DNA of 43,246 bases from Octopus bimaculoides (taxonomy: Eukaryota). The DNA lies in assembly GCF_001194135.2 (NCBI RefSeq), contig NC_068987.1, forward strand, positions 79,249,668-79,292,913, given 5' to 3'. Position numbers and translations under genes: made by a program. The notes beneath the pieces are model-generated. The model did no database searches. It was given only the letters and a program-made list of their open reading frames with translations, and was not told the DNA's origin. This document shows, in pieces, positions 12,219 through 25,246 of the stretch. The stretch's first letter is position 1; each line of letters opens with the position of its first letter.

Positions 12219-12405
12219 TGTCTTCGTCGTCTTCGTCGTCTTCGTCGTTATCTTCGTCATCATTGTCGTCGTCGTTGTCATCATCAGTATTATCACCATC
12301 GTCATTAACATCATCAACCTCGACGTCGTTGTCGTCGTCATCATCATCATCTCGTATGTGTTCGTCGCTGTCACCTTCTACAGCAACAACAACAACAACA
12401 ACAAT
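12015..12405. repeat. TCA/TCG/AAC triplet mosaic
   Basis: Visible tandem triplets; source of the poly-Asp, poly-Met and poly-Ser ORFs. Confidence 0.95.
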
Positions 12406-12408
12406 AAG

Positions 12409-12617
12409 AATCCTTTTTACTTTAAGCACAAAACCAGAAATTTTAGGAACGGGGTAAAGCGATTGCATCAACCCAAGTGCTCAACTGGTACTTATTTCAT
12501 CCAAAAGGATGGAAGGCAAAGTCCACCTCGGCGGAATTTCAACTCAGGATTTAAGGACGGACGAAAAGCGGTCAAGCATTTTGTTCGGCATGGTAACTTT
12601 TCTGCCACCTCACCGCC

Positions 12618-12618
<1 letters not shown>
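12409..12618 (-). mobile_element. Family B SINE
   Basis: actttaagcacaaaacc...ctcaactggtacttatttcatcc...gcaaagtccacctcggcggaattt...tctgccacctcaccgcc. Confidence 0.85.
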
Positions 12619-12658
<40 letters not shown>

Positions 12659-12659
12659 G

Positions 12660-12862
12660 ATGATTTCAAATATTGACACAAGGCTAGAAAATTGCGGGGT
12701 GAGGATTAACTCGATTACATCGATCCCAGTGCTCAATTGGTTTTCATTTTATCGGCCTCAAAAGGATGAAAAGTAAAGTCGACCTCGGCGGAGTTTGAAC
12801 TCAGAACGTACGAAATGCTGCTAAGCATTTTGCCCGGCGTGCTAACGATTCTGCCAGCTCGG
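12660..12862 (-). mobile_element. Family B SINE, head-to-tail with the previous copy across (TAA)n
   Basis: gacacaaggctag...gattacatcgatcccagtgctc...aaagtcgacctcggcggagtttgaactcagaacg...cccggcgtgctaacgattctgccagctc. Confidence 0.88.
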
Positions 12863-12869
12863 CCAGTTT

Positions 12870-13102
12870 CACGACTGTGTCGGTAGTAAAATAATGCATT
12901 TGGATGTTAGTTTAGTGTTTGGATTCAAATTGACAGAAAAATGGTATGAAGAGGAGCCAGAGGCTATGGAAGTGGATAAAAATCACAGAATTTTATGAGA
13001 CTTCACCATAAAGACTAACCATAGTTTCAGGTATGAAGACCAGCTATAACTGTAGAGTAGAGAAGAGCAAAGTGGTGTAAGGTCATAGACTTTGAACTAC
13101 CA
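12870..13102 (+). pseudogene. Decayed restriction-like endonuclease (RLE) region of an R4/Dong-type non-LTR retrotransposon
   Basis: My translation from 12870 gives HDCVGSKIMHLDVSLVFGFKLTEKWYEEEPEAMEVDKNHRIL*DFTIKTNHSF; after a frameshift (from 13037) RPAITVE*RRAKWCKVIDFELP. This follows the family pattern HD.V...IHW...KWYEH.P...ILWDF.I.TD...RPD.......IID..VP. Not in the ORF track because of stops and no ATG. Confidence 0.75.
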
Positions 13103-13367
13103 TAATCTTTTACTCTTTTACATGTTTCATCACCACCACTACATTCGACGCTATCAGCAACACTGCAACCACACTACAGATACTACCTGCGCCAATACCA
13201 TCATGATCTGCACGACAAGAGCAGTAGATGATGTTTATGATTGTTTGTCAATGGTGTTTGTTGCTGATATTGAAAGTGTTAGTTGTTATATTTTGTATTA
13301 GTGGCAACATATGTTTGATAATACTTCAGAGTTTTAGCAGAAACGGTAAATCTTATCGCAATGATAG

Positions 13368-13396
13368 ATAGATAGATAGAAAGATAGATAGATAAC

Positions 13397-13467
<71 letters not shown>

Positions 13468-13480
13468 ACAGCAGCAGCAA
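13368..13480. repeat. (GATA)n followed by (TAG)n
   Basis: Visible tandem runs. Confidence 0.95.
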
Positions 13481-14491
13481 CGACAATAGTAGTTTTATAG
13501 ATCACTTCTATCTTTTTAACTAAGCGCTCCACCTTATTAACAAAGAATAAGTTACTTTTATAGACAAGCCGTAGGGCTTTTTGCATTTTATAACATTGAT
13601 GATGATGATNNNNNNNNNNNNNNNNNNNNNNNNNNNNNNNNNNNNNNNNNNNNNNNNNNNNNNNNNNNNNNNNNNNNNNNNNNNNNNNNNNNNNNNNNNN
13701 NNNNNNNNNNNNNNNNNNNNNNNNNNNNNNNNNNNNNNNNNNNNNNNNNNNNNNNNNNNNNNNNNNNNNNNNNNNNNNNNNNNNNNNNNNNNNNNNNNNN
13801 NNNNNNNNNNNNNNNNNNNNNNNNNNNNNNNNNNNNNNNNNNNNNNNNNNNNNNNNNNNNNNNNNNNNNNNNNNNNNNNNNNNNNNNNNNNNNNNNNNNN
13901 NNNNNNNNNNNNNNNNNNNNNNNNNNNNNNNNNNNNNNNNNNNNNNNNNNNNNNNNNNNNNNNNNNNNNNNNNNNNNNNNNNNNNNNNNNNNNNNNNNNN
14001 NNNNNNNNNNNNNNNNNNNNNNNNNNNNNNNNNNNNNNNNNNNNNNNNNNNNNNNNNNNNNNNNNNNNNNNNNNNNNNNNNNNNNNNNNNNNNNNNNNNN
14101 NNNNNNNNNNNNNNNNNNNNNNNNNNNNNNNNNNNNNNNNNNNNNNNNNNNNNNNNNNNNNNNNNNNNNNNNNNNNNNNNNNNNNNNNNNNNNNNNNNNN
14201 NNNNNNNNNNNNNNNNNNNNNNNNNNNNNNNNNNNNNNNNNNNNNNNTGTATAAATCTTACTGCTTCAGATTTGTTATTTAACTATAACAAAGCTAACAA
14301 AATCTTTTATTCCTTTTTTTTTGTCTATTTATTAACGTTTCTGTTGTTGTTTTTATCATTATTATTGTTTCTGTTAGTTTTCTTTTATTTGCTATTTTCT
14401 TTAGGTTCGATTTTTGCTAAATATTTGATTCCAATAACTAATAACATTCTTGCATGACAATATATAAATGTATGTGTGTGAGTAAATGTAA

Positions 14492-14528
<37 letters not shown>

Positions 14529-14717
14529 CAAACAGATATATATGTGTGCATGTGTACGAATGAATGTATATTTTTTTCTTTTTCACTGATTGTTCACCAT
14601 ACCTTTCGGGCTTTTAGGAAGACTAGGTTTCGCTGATCATTTTTTCAGGTTGTCATGTCTCTCTGTTTCTCCCTCCCTGTTTATCTTCTGCTCTCTCTCT
14701 CTCTCCCTCTCTGTAGC

Positions 14718-14753
<36 letters not shown>

Positions 14754-14879
14754 TACGTACATATGAACATATATAGATGTGCCTACATTTTTATCCTATT
14801 TCATTTATTTTTACAGCAAAATTTCAAAGATCATGTCCATCATATTACACTTTAAAGTTTTGCGTTTAACCTAGACATT

Positions 14880-15375
<496 letters not shown>

Positions 15376-16559
15376 ACATACACATTCACAAACACACTCG
15401 GTTTTTAGTTTTAAGCTAATTTTTAATTATAGCATATTCGAAATAACATCGCGAATGCAGGTTACTCACAAACATAAAAGAGACAATAAATGTGAAGCTG
15501 TGATGTTTATGCTTCTTTTTATGTTATTCTGATCAGAAATGAAACCATTTGCAAGTGAAAAATCGAACCGAAATTATGTCGCTAATTCTATTATTTCCAC
15601 GGCACTTCCATACATATCATACCAACCCACTTGCCTATGAAGAGTAACAAATAATAATAAATGATTGTTGGTCGTTGAAACAAAATCTTCTCCAATGAGT
15701 TGTTCTACTATTTCCCATTGGCATAGCTCCAATATTTGTCAAATTTCTCAACAGGACTGCTATTTACACTGCTTTCGAACGAAGCCAGTTGTGTATTATG
15801 AGACCAACTTTTAGGCTGGTCAAATAGCCAGGCCAGTTAAACAAGGAAAGATCTTGCTAGTACAACTTGGCCTCAGTACATAGGGATCAAAGTCCAATAG
15901 TGACTGCATGAAGAAAAGTCTTTTTATCTGGCTTGTAGCCAAACATTTTCTCTTTATCGAAAATACTCTATCCGTACACAATTGGCGTTCGTTTGACAGT
16001 ACTGATTTAGATCTAAGCCCTATTAGTGTGGCACTATTGTGGTATACATTCTCAACCAATGACACAGTAAACCTATAGGGTGATGGGTTCATTAATCTTC
16101 AATACCAAAGAAACCCGTTCAATAAATTAGTTTAGTGTCATGAATGAAAAGTGATGAATGTCGTTAGATTGAGTCATAGAGCCATGTTGATAGGAAAAGA
16201 CTAAATCACAATTTCGCATCTAACCTTAAATTCTCTTAAGAATTCAACCGTTAATATACTTAGATATTGATATTACTATCTACTGCAACTTTCACTCGAA
16301 ATTAATAATTATTTCCTTCGTTTCAATATTGTGTAGCTTGTCATTTTTTCTTATCCTTTATAGAGTTGTTTAGAACGATGTTTAGTTATTTGATGGGATT
16401 ACTTCTCTATCATGTTGCTGTTCATGTCTTTGTTTTCTTTTCTTTTTTTCTTCTCATTTTAATGTTACTATGAATCTGTTTAATAATATTTCCATGTCAT
16501 CACAGATGTGACGCCAAAGAAAATTGATATTATCATCTCCTACATTCATACAACAGATT

Positions 16560-16568
16560 ATATATATG

Positions 16569-16621
<53 letters not shown>

Positions 16622-16784
16622 GCTTACAAATTTATTTCGTTATACACTTTCACACACACACATAAACAGAGAGAGAGAGAAAGCGAGAGATTATATTAAA
16701 GATATGCAAATAAGTATGTGTGTAATTGTGTATATATATGCATATATATATGTATATAGATGTATATATATACATATGTATGTA

Positions 16785-16816
<32 letters not shown>

Positions 16817-16925
16817 CACATATATATTCATATATATATGCACATATATACATATATATGTATGTATATATATATGTATATATATACATATATATGCATA
16901 TATATACATATATATATATGTATAT

Positions 16926-16968
<43 letters not shown>

Positions 16969-17124
16969 TATATACATGTATATTTATATGTATATATATA
17001 CATATATATATATATATACAAAAACACATACACACACATATACCCATGCACACATACACACACACACATACATACATACATACATACATACATACATACA
17101 CACATACATACATATGTATATATG

Positions 17125-17205
<81 letters not shown>
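16560..17205. repeat. About 650 bp TA/TATG/TACA compound microsatellite
   Basis: Visible; source of many YI-repeat ORFs. Confidence 0.95.
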
Positions 17206-17206
<1 letters not shown>

Positions 17207-17208
<2 letters not shown>

Positions 17209-17270
17209 ATAACTGGAATGCATTTGCTCAAAAGTCTTTCCGATCCGAGTTGACCAGGTAGCTAAACAAC
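17207..17270 (+). mobile_element. Family E 3' terminal fragment
   Basis: cataactggaatgcatttg...gagttgaccaggtagctaaacaac parallels cacggctggaatgtgcttgg...gagtctacctggagctaaccaacaac (38570-38640). Confidence 0.5.
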
Positions 17271-18640
17271 GGCAATGGAAACATCACATTCAGCATCACC
17301 ATTGTCAACAACAATAACTGCAACAGCAGCTACGTGAACAAAACACACTCCTATTACTTATAAATTTCTTGCCATGTGTCAAAGAAAAAAGTAAGGAATA
17401 ATTAGATTTGGTATTTAATTAATTAAGCGTTATTCTGGTCAGATATCTAAGATTTTTATTGCTGTATTTTTTTTCTTAATTCTTTTTTCTTTAATACGTT
17501 TTCTCAATCATTTCTTAGCTGACATTCTAATCTATTCCACGTAATTAAACAACGGCCGTTCTTAAAATACGCTGCATACCTAGTTTAGTTTGGTCGACTG
17601 ATTCACATAATGTATTTAATCAGTTAAAGTTTACATCAATAGACGCTGAAAGTCAAATTCCATTGTTATTTACTATTCCAAAACAATAGTAGAAAAGAAA
17701 GAGGAAAGGCCTAAACTGTTCACATTTGAACAGTAAGTTACACAATGGAGCAATACGTTAAATAAGACAGTTTGTTATTGTTGTTGTTATTGTTGTTGTG
17801 TTCTAGAGAAAAGGAATCAAATAATTCATTGAGTTCATTATTCGATTAATTGATCGATTGACTGCTTTTGACAATGGACATTTATTTCTAGGTCAATTAA
17901 TTCTATTCCTTCAAATTGTACGAAATTTCAGACTAGACATTTTCTTCAGCATTTTATACATTTTTTCCCCCGATTTTTTGATGTTTTTTTTTGATACATT
18001 AATTCGAGCAGCCGATTATCATAGAATATTATTTTGAATCGATCGAAATGAATAAATCCATCAACCAACTGTTCCAGCATGAACATTGTAATAATAATGA
18101 TTTAAAGCTTCTGCAAAGAACGAAATAAGGTGACTGTTATGAAAGAATATATGAACGGAAAGTGTTCTTAGTAACAAAAATATTCTACTTGTACGTTGTA
18201 AACTGTGCTTACGCTGCGTCTAATAATTCATCGCCGGCTAATCTTTTAGCAGAAACCAAGGAAATGGAGTAGGACGTGTTCAGTATATGCAGTTTCACAT
18301 GCATGAACCCAAAGCAAAACAAACGTCATAAATATAAATCTATCGATACGTATGGAATTCACGTACGGATATGTCTAATTCTTGTTCCATCTCTAGATGT
18401 CGCTACCATATCACCCTCCTAAAAGGCTGTGTTCTGCACTGCTCCCCCCACCTCCCATACTTTTGGTATTCCGCTAATGTATCGCCCAGAGCATTTTCAC
18501 CACTAACAATTTCACGTCAGGTTGTGTGTAGTGGGAAGCTAAATGGGGACTACTCCTGTTGGCTGGCCGTAGTAATCGAAGGAAACATGGCTGGATCTGG
18601 AAGCTGCTGGTCTCTCTCACTCTCTCTTTCCTCCTCTCTT

Positions 18641-18678
<38 letters not shown>

Positions 18679-19662
18679 TCTTTTTCTCTTTCTCCCTCGT
18701 ACTTTGATTTGCATGCTATAAATAAACAGTTTATTTCCGGGGGCCTCAGCTTATACAAACAAGATGCCACCNNNNNNNNNNNNNNNNNNNNNNNNNNNNN
18801 NNNNNNNNNNNNNNNNNNNNNNNNNNNNNNNNNNNNNNNNNNNNNNNNNNNNNNNNNNNNNNNNNNNNNNNNNNNNNNNNNNNNNNNNNNNNNNNNNNNN
18901 NNNNNNNNNNNNNNNNNNNNNNNNNNNNNNNNNNNNNNNNNNNNNNNNNNNNNNNNNNNNNNNNNNNNNNNNNNNNNNNNNNNNNNNNNNNNNNNNNNNN
19001 NNNNNNNNNNNNNNNNNNNNNNNNNNNNNNNNNNNNNNNNNNNNNNNNNNNNNNNNNNNNNNNNNNNNNNNNNNNNNNNNNNNNNNNNNNNNNNNNNNNN
19101 NNNNNNNNNNNNNNNNNNNNNNNNNNNNNNNNNNNNNNNNNNNNNNNNNNNNNNNNNNNNNNNNNNNNNNNNNNNNNNNNNNNNNNNNNNNNNNNNNNNN
19201 NNNNNNNNNNNNNNNNNNNNNNNNNNNNNNNNNNNNNNNNNNNNNNNNNNNNNNNNNNNNNNNNNNNNNNNNNNNNNNNNNNNNNNNNNNNNNNNNNNNN
19301 NNNNNNNNNNNNNNNNNNNNNNNNNNNNNNNNNNNNNNNNNNNNNNNNNNNNNNNNNNNNNNNNNNNNNNNNNNNNNNNNNNNNNNNNNNNNNNNNNNNN
19401 NNNNNNNNNNNNNNNNNNNNNNNNNNNNNNNNNNNNNNNNNNNNNNNNNNNNNNNNNNNNNNNNNNNNNNNNNNNNNNNNNNNNNNNNNNNNNNNNNNNN
19501 NNNNNNNNNNNNNNNNNNNNNNNNNNNNNNNNNNNNNNNNNNNNNNNNNNNNNNNNNNNNNNNNNNNNNNNNNNNNNNNNNNNNNNNNNNNNNNNNNNNN
19601 NNNNNNNNNNNNNNNNNNNNNNNNNNNNNNNNNNNNNNNNNNNNNNNNNNNNNNNNNNNNNN

Positions 19663-19736
<74 letters not shown>

Positions 19737-19811
19737 GTAATATATATATATATGTGTGTATGTGTGTGTAATATATATATATATATTATATATAGATAGA
19801 TAGATTGCTAA

Positions 19812-19862
<51 letters not shown>

Positions 19863-19865
19863 TGC
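19663..19865. repeat. (TA)n then (GATA)n
   Basis: Visible tandem runs. Confidence 0.95.
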
Positions 19866-20156
19866 ATACATATTGATCTTTGAAAACTGCAACTTTAATG
19901 CAACTTACAGCGATATAAGGATGAAACCAAATGCAATTGTTTTTATATTTACAACAGAATTAAAGAAAAATTCGATATTTTAAAATGCCTGTAATCGAAT
20001 TAAATGTTTACAATAGAATTTAAAGCATTTCAATTTCTCCTCCAAAGGTCACAGCTATCAATTTTGCTCTAAGATTCTGCTTATGGAAACCTCAGAAATT
20101 CTGCGAAAGAAAGAAAAGCAAGGAGAGAGATGCTGATATGAGTTGTGCTTGTGTGT

Positions 20157-20192
<36 letters not shown>

Positions 20193-20842
20193 NNNNNNNN
20201 NNATATATATATATATGTTTATATATGCATGTATCTATCTATGTATTTATTCCTGTGTATGTGTATTTATATTGTTTATAAAGAAGCATTTACACATTTA
20301 ATGAAATGAAAACATAATGTAAATTGCTAATCACTTACATAAAGAAAACTCCATCTACTTGAGAAATCTCCTTGTATGCTGCTTACTGAATAGCTTGATA
20401 AAGTATGTTATGTTACCAAGTAGAATCTTACATTTAATTTCTTACATTATCCCGTCTTGCTTACACAAATAATAAAACTTGTAGATTATAGACAATCACA
20501 AAGAAAACGGTTATGAATGAGTATTTGAGTAAACTCAAATGTTTTCTCTAAGTGCTTATCTAGCCAAATGCGAATAGCTCATAAATATGGCTCTCATAGA
20601 TATATATAAAAGGAAATTGCCAATTGGCGGAGTGGTTTTGTGGTTGTTGTAAAAATATGTTTTAAAGCAATGTAGAGAGTCTCTTGACATCACTTCTAAT
20701 ATTTTATATTATACTGTCTACACTGAAATCAAATCGTTTTGTATTGGGAAGGCTAAACATGTTGCAACAACAATAATAATGATGATAATAATATTAATAA
20801 TAATAACGATGACAATTTTTTTCTATTATGAGCTAAAGGGTG

Positions 20843-21167
20843 GAGGCGCAATGGCACAGTGGTTAGGACAGTGGACTCGCGGTCGTAGGATCGTGGTTTC
20901 GATTCCCAGAGTGGGCGTTGTGAGTGTTTATTGAGTGAAAACACCTAAAGCTCCACGTAGCTCCGGCAGGGGATGGTGGCGAACCCTGCTGTACTCTTTC
21001 ACCACAACTTTCTCTCACTCTTACTTCCTGTTTCTGTTGTGCCTGTCATTCAAAGGGCCAGCTTTGTCACACTGTGTCACGCTGAACATCCCCGAGAACT
21101 ACGTTAAGGGTACACGTGTCTGTGGAATCCTCAATGTCGTAAGCGATGGAGTGCCAACAACAACAAA
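20843..21167 (+). mobile_element. Family D SINE: tRNA-like head, distinct body, 3' module shared with family C, (CAA)n tail
   Basis: A-box tggcacagtggtt, B-box ggtttcgattccc; 21049-21118 matches the reverse complement of 35691-35760 at 58/70 positions by my count; ends in ...gagtgccaacaacaacaa. Confidence 0.85.
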
Positions 21168-21173
21168 TGAACT

Positions 21174-21312
21174 CAAGGCCTGAAATGGTATGTGGAGGAG
21201 CTAGCTGATTGCATCGACCCCAATGCTCGACGGGTATTTATTTCATCTACCCTGAAAGGATCAAATACAAAGTCGACCTCGACAGAATTTGAATTAGGAA
21301 CGTAAAGACGAG
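21174..21312 (-). mobile_element. Family B SINE fragment
   Basis: caaggcctgaaat...gattgcatcgaccccaatgctc...aaagtcgacctcgacagaatttgaa. Confidence 0.8.
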
Positions 21313-21335
21313 AACGGAATGATTGATGATAATGG

Positions 21336-21475
21336 TTTTAAAATTTTTGAGGGGAGGGGATGTGTCGATTACATCGACCGCAGTGTTTCACTGGTACTTA
21401 ATTTGTCGACCCCGAAAGAATGAAAAGCAAAATCGACCTCGGCGGAATTTCGTCCGTCGTGGTAACCATTCTGCA
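21336..21475 (-). mobile_element. Family B SINE with internal deletion
   Basis: gtcgattacatcgaccgcagtg...actggtacttaatttgtcgaccccgaaag...atcgacctcggcggaattt, then jumps to cgtggtaaccattctgc. Confidence 0.8.
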
Positions 21476-22604
21476 ATCTGTAGTGAGGCATAGATTGTAG
21501 AGCGTTTTTATATGAGAAGAGCAATCATACTTTAGAATAAGATATAGGTGTTTGGTTTCAATACTGCATTTAGCCTGCTTACCAATAATGGTGTTTACAT
21601 CATCATGATAGCAAAATTGCCTTTCATTCATCCATGTTTGCTTTGTTGTTGTTGTGGGCGCTGATACGCCTGCTGCTGCCGTTTTCATGCAAACTTGTTG
21701 AATACATGTCAACCCTATCATAAATACTCGATTCCTGTTTAACCGTAGCTGCAGTAAATATGGACGCTCTTGTTGAAGAAATTCGCGTAGAATGTCACAG
21801 ATTTTGCTGTTAGTCTCATATGTTTTTAGTGTACAGATTAAGAATTTGCTTGATTGTGAGATCTATACTAATGTGTCAGTTAACAATCAGTCGTATTGAC
21901 AATTTCCATGAATCCTGGTAGATATTCTTAACAGCCAAGTGGACTGAGCTGATACAGAATGACGTATTTCAGGACCCCGCCCCCAAATACAATAACATCA
22001 ATTGATTTGAAACTTTGATCTTAATTATTGTCCCCGAAAGTTATTTAGATTCTACTTAAAATTAATTAAACCTTTACAAACATCCACACGACTGTACGTT
22101 TTCAATATTGCAGGGTTAATTTTCCAGCCATTACTGGAACTTATTTGCAGGTGAGTTGGTTTCAGCACAACGTATCATCTGGTCCACAAACTGACCATGA
22201 TCTTACCATTGTTAGTGCAATACCCTAAGCTAGGACTTACTCTTTCAGTTTGCCACAAGGAAATAATTAACGCATGTAAAGTTTCGAGCTAGCAGTGCGC
22301 TTCATTACAGAAAACCACATTTATTAGTTTCGTTTACACGTAGCTTACGTTTGCGTTGGGTTGGGTGGAGGTATCTTGTTAATAATCTTTTACTTAGCTT
22401 TTGTTAAATTCAACCTGTATAACAATTGTACAAGTAATATCGTACTACTCCCACCTACATTCATTTATATTTTCTTTTAGAGAAACGCCCTGCTGTCAGT
22501 TTTAAAGAACAATAATTCTGGTTTGTTGATTTCTCTTGTCAACCCCGTGATTAAGTCGTCGAATCTCGAAGGAACGTTATCATATCTGTCTGTTTTTCTA
22601 CCGT

Positions 22605-22624
22605 GATATCTATCTATCTGTCTG

Positions 22625-22687
<63 letters not shown>

Positions 22688-22730
22688 GTGTGTTTGTGTT
22701 TATATATATATATATATATATATATATGCT
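22605..22730. repeat. (TCTA)n plus (TA)n
   Basis: Visible tandem runs. Confidence 0.95.
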
Positions 22731-23074
22731 TATTGTGTGTATGTCTGTATCCCCTTATTTCATTTGTCTGTAACCCTCTCTCTGAGTCTCTCTACGCCCT
22801 CTCCCTCTCAAACACATACCCCCCCCCCCNNNNNNNNNNNNNNNNNNNNNNNNNNNNNNNNNNNNNNNNNNNNNNNNNNNNNNNNNNNNNNNNNNNNNAC
22901 GCACAGACGCACACAGAGAAACACGCATTCACACAATCGACCCCCTCATAGCATAATATCCCAGTAAAATCCACTGAAGAGTTAAAGTTTCAAAGCAACA
23001 GCTAGTATTTAGCAATTTGAAAATGCACTCGTTGACACGACGCTAATTGCTAGGACGCTCACTGATGTAGGCGG

Positions 23075-23115
<41 letters not shown>

Positions 23116-23585
23116 TCTGTATCTCTCTCCCTCTCTATCCTCATATATATATATATTTGATATGGTAAATCAACTGTATAATATCATACGTTGTGATAGA
23201 CGTCAATATCTGTAGTAACAATAAGACGTGTCTATGCAAGTATGAAGTGTGTCTGTAAATATATAAATCTATATCTCTCACGCTTTGACTCTCTTTATGT
23301 ATATATGCATACATACACACGCACACACGTGTATATAAATGTATTTATATATACATCTATGCATGCACACACCTGAGTGTGTATATGTATGTGTGTGTGG
23401 TGTTCAAAATGAGAGATTTTTAATTAGAATAAAACGGCGTAAAAATGTACAAAGGACACGATAAAATTTTAGGTATTAATATTTATCATTTGTCTCTTTG
23501 TTAATAGGAACTTCGAAGTTTCTTTAAGTGCATGTAATATTGAGGCATATGCACACACACACACACACACACATACATACATACA

Positions 23586-23638
<53 letters not shown>

Positions 23639-24011
23639 NNNNNNNNNNNNNNNNNNNNNNNNNNNNNNNNNNNNNNNNNNNNNNNNNNNNNNNNNNNNNN
23701 NNNNNNNNNNNNNNNNNNNNNNNNNNNNNNNNNNNNNNNNNNNNNNNNNNNNNNNNNNNNNNNNNNNNNNNNNNNNNNNNNNNNNNNNNNNNNNNNNNNN
23801 NNNNNNNNNNNNNNNNNNNNNNNNNNNNNNNNNNNNNNNNTATATATAAGCGCACACGTATAGTCACACACAGATATGAATGGGAGATAGCGTCAAACAT
23901 AGGTCATAACATTTATCTGAATGCAAGTGGATTTTCTACTTATATTACACGTTTGCAACGCCTTTGAAACGACAACAACAGCAACAACAATAATTATAAT
24001 TATATCAAATT

Positions 24012-24066
24012 TTAGCCACAAGGGCATTTCTCCCGGTGTGAAAACGATTCTGCCAGCTCACCACCT
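24012..24066 (-). mobile_element. Family B SINE head fragment
   Basis: gcatttctcccggtgtgaaaacgattctgccagctcaccacctt followed by AAT-type repeat. Confidence 0.7.
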
Positions 24067-24104
24067 TAATCATAACAATAATAATGCTACTGATGATAGC
24101 AAGA

Positions 24105-24305
24105 GTTTCTGGTATAAGCACGAAACCTGCTCTCCTGATGAGAATCGGTAAGGGAATTCTATCGAATCCAGCATTTAACTGGTACTAATTTTATCGACTG
24201 TGAATGGGTCAGAGGTCAAATTGACTCCGTCGCGATTCGCAACCCTGAAAGTAGCCGGAATAAATGCCACAAGGCATTTTTTTTCCTATCAGCTAATGAT
24301 TCTGT
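24105..24305 (-). mobile_element. Old family B SINE
   Basis: atcgaatccagcatttaactggtactaattttatcgac...gtcaaattgactccg...aggcattttt...gctaatgattctg. Confidence 0.65.
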
Positions 24306-24319
24306 GAAAAACCCAAAGC

Positions 24320-24477
24320 GGTGCAGGCATTGTTGTGTGGATAAGGAGCTCGTTTTGCAACCACGTGGCTTTCATTTCAATCCTGCCACGCGGCACCTTT
24401 GCCATGTGTTACTCACTATGACTCCGGGTCGTTAGCGAATTTGGTGAACAGAAAGTGTGAGGAAACCATCGAATATT

Positions 24478-24526
<49 letters not shown>

Positions 24527-24726
24527 ATATACGTGTGTGTGTTTGTCCACCTCCACCGCTTTTCAATGGAGATGTTTTCTTTATGTTCCCTTCTTCGAGT
24601 GGTTGACAAAAGATCAGTGGAATAAATGCCACCTGCAATGGTACTGGGGACGATTTGTTCGAACAAACCCTTCAAGACAAAGCCCCAGCATGGCCGCAGT
24701 CCAATGATTGAAACAAGTAAATGATA
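24320..24726 (+). mobile_element. Old family A-like SINE with (TCTA)n in the internal slot
   Basis: ggtgcaggcattgttgtgtgg...caaccacgtgg...gcggcacctttgccatgtg...actatgactccggg, (TCTA)n, gtttgtccacc, and 3' gccccagcatggccgcagtccaatgattgaaacaagtaaa. Confidence 0.7.
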
Positions 24727-24786
24727 TTGGCATAATGATTCCTTAGAAACAACAAGATTAGAGAGAGTTTAACAAAATAAAATAAC

Positions 24787-24997
24787 ATAAGGCGCAGGAG
24801 TGAGTGTGTGGTAAGTAGCTTGTTTACCAACCACATGGTTCCAGGTTCAATCCCACTGCGTAGCACCTTGGGCAAGTGTCTTCTACTATAGCCTCGGGCC
24901 GACCGAAGCCTTGTGAGTCGATTTGGTTGACGGAAACAGAAAGAAGCCTGTCGTATATATGTGTATATATNNNNNNNNNNNNNNNNNNNNNNATATA

Positions 24998-25028
<31 letters not shown>

Positions 25029-25246
25029 GTGTTTGCATGTATGTGTTTGTCCCCCCCCCCATCGCTTAACAACCGATGCTGGTGTGCTTACATTCCCGTA
25101 ACTTAGCGGTTCGGCAAAAAGAGACCGATAGAATAAGTACTAGGCTTATAAAGAATAAGTCCAGGAGTCGATTGTCTCGACTAAATGCGGTGCTCCAGCA
25201 TGGCCGCAGTCAAATGACTGAAACAAGTAAAAGAGCAAAAGAGAGT
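24787..25246 (+). mobile_element. Family A SINE, full length (reference copy), assembly gap inside its microsatellite slot
   Basis: ggcgcaggagtgagtgtgtggtaag (A-box region), ggttcaatccc (B-box), caccttgggcaagtgtcttctactatagcctcgggcc, 3' tail aaacaagtaaaagagcaaaagag. Confidence 0.93.

Noticed and set aside
11959-12471. Asp-rich ORF resembling an acidic biomineralisation protein
   Set aside because: Derived from a TCA/TCG microsatellite, and its start lies inside a family B SINE.
22114-22156. Micro-exon with CAG|GTGAGT donor (acceptors at 22113 or 22127)
   Set aside because: Not listed as a feature because ggaacttatttgcaggtgagttgg...agcacaacg resembles the family C central domain at 35770-35810, so it may be a decayed SINE. 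Kept only as part of a speculative finding.
24120-24145. GAAAC and CTGATGA close together, possible hammerhead
   Set aside because: Only about 8 nt separate them, too few for stems III and I; the site lies in an old family B copy.
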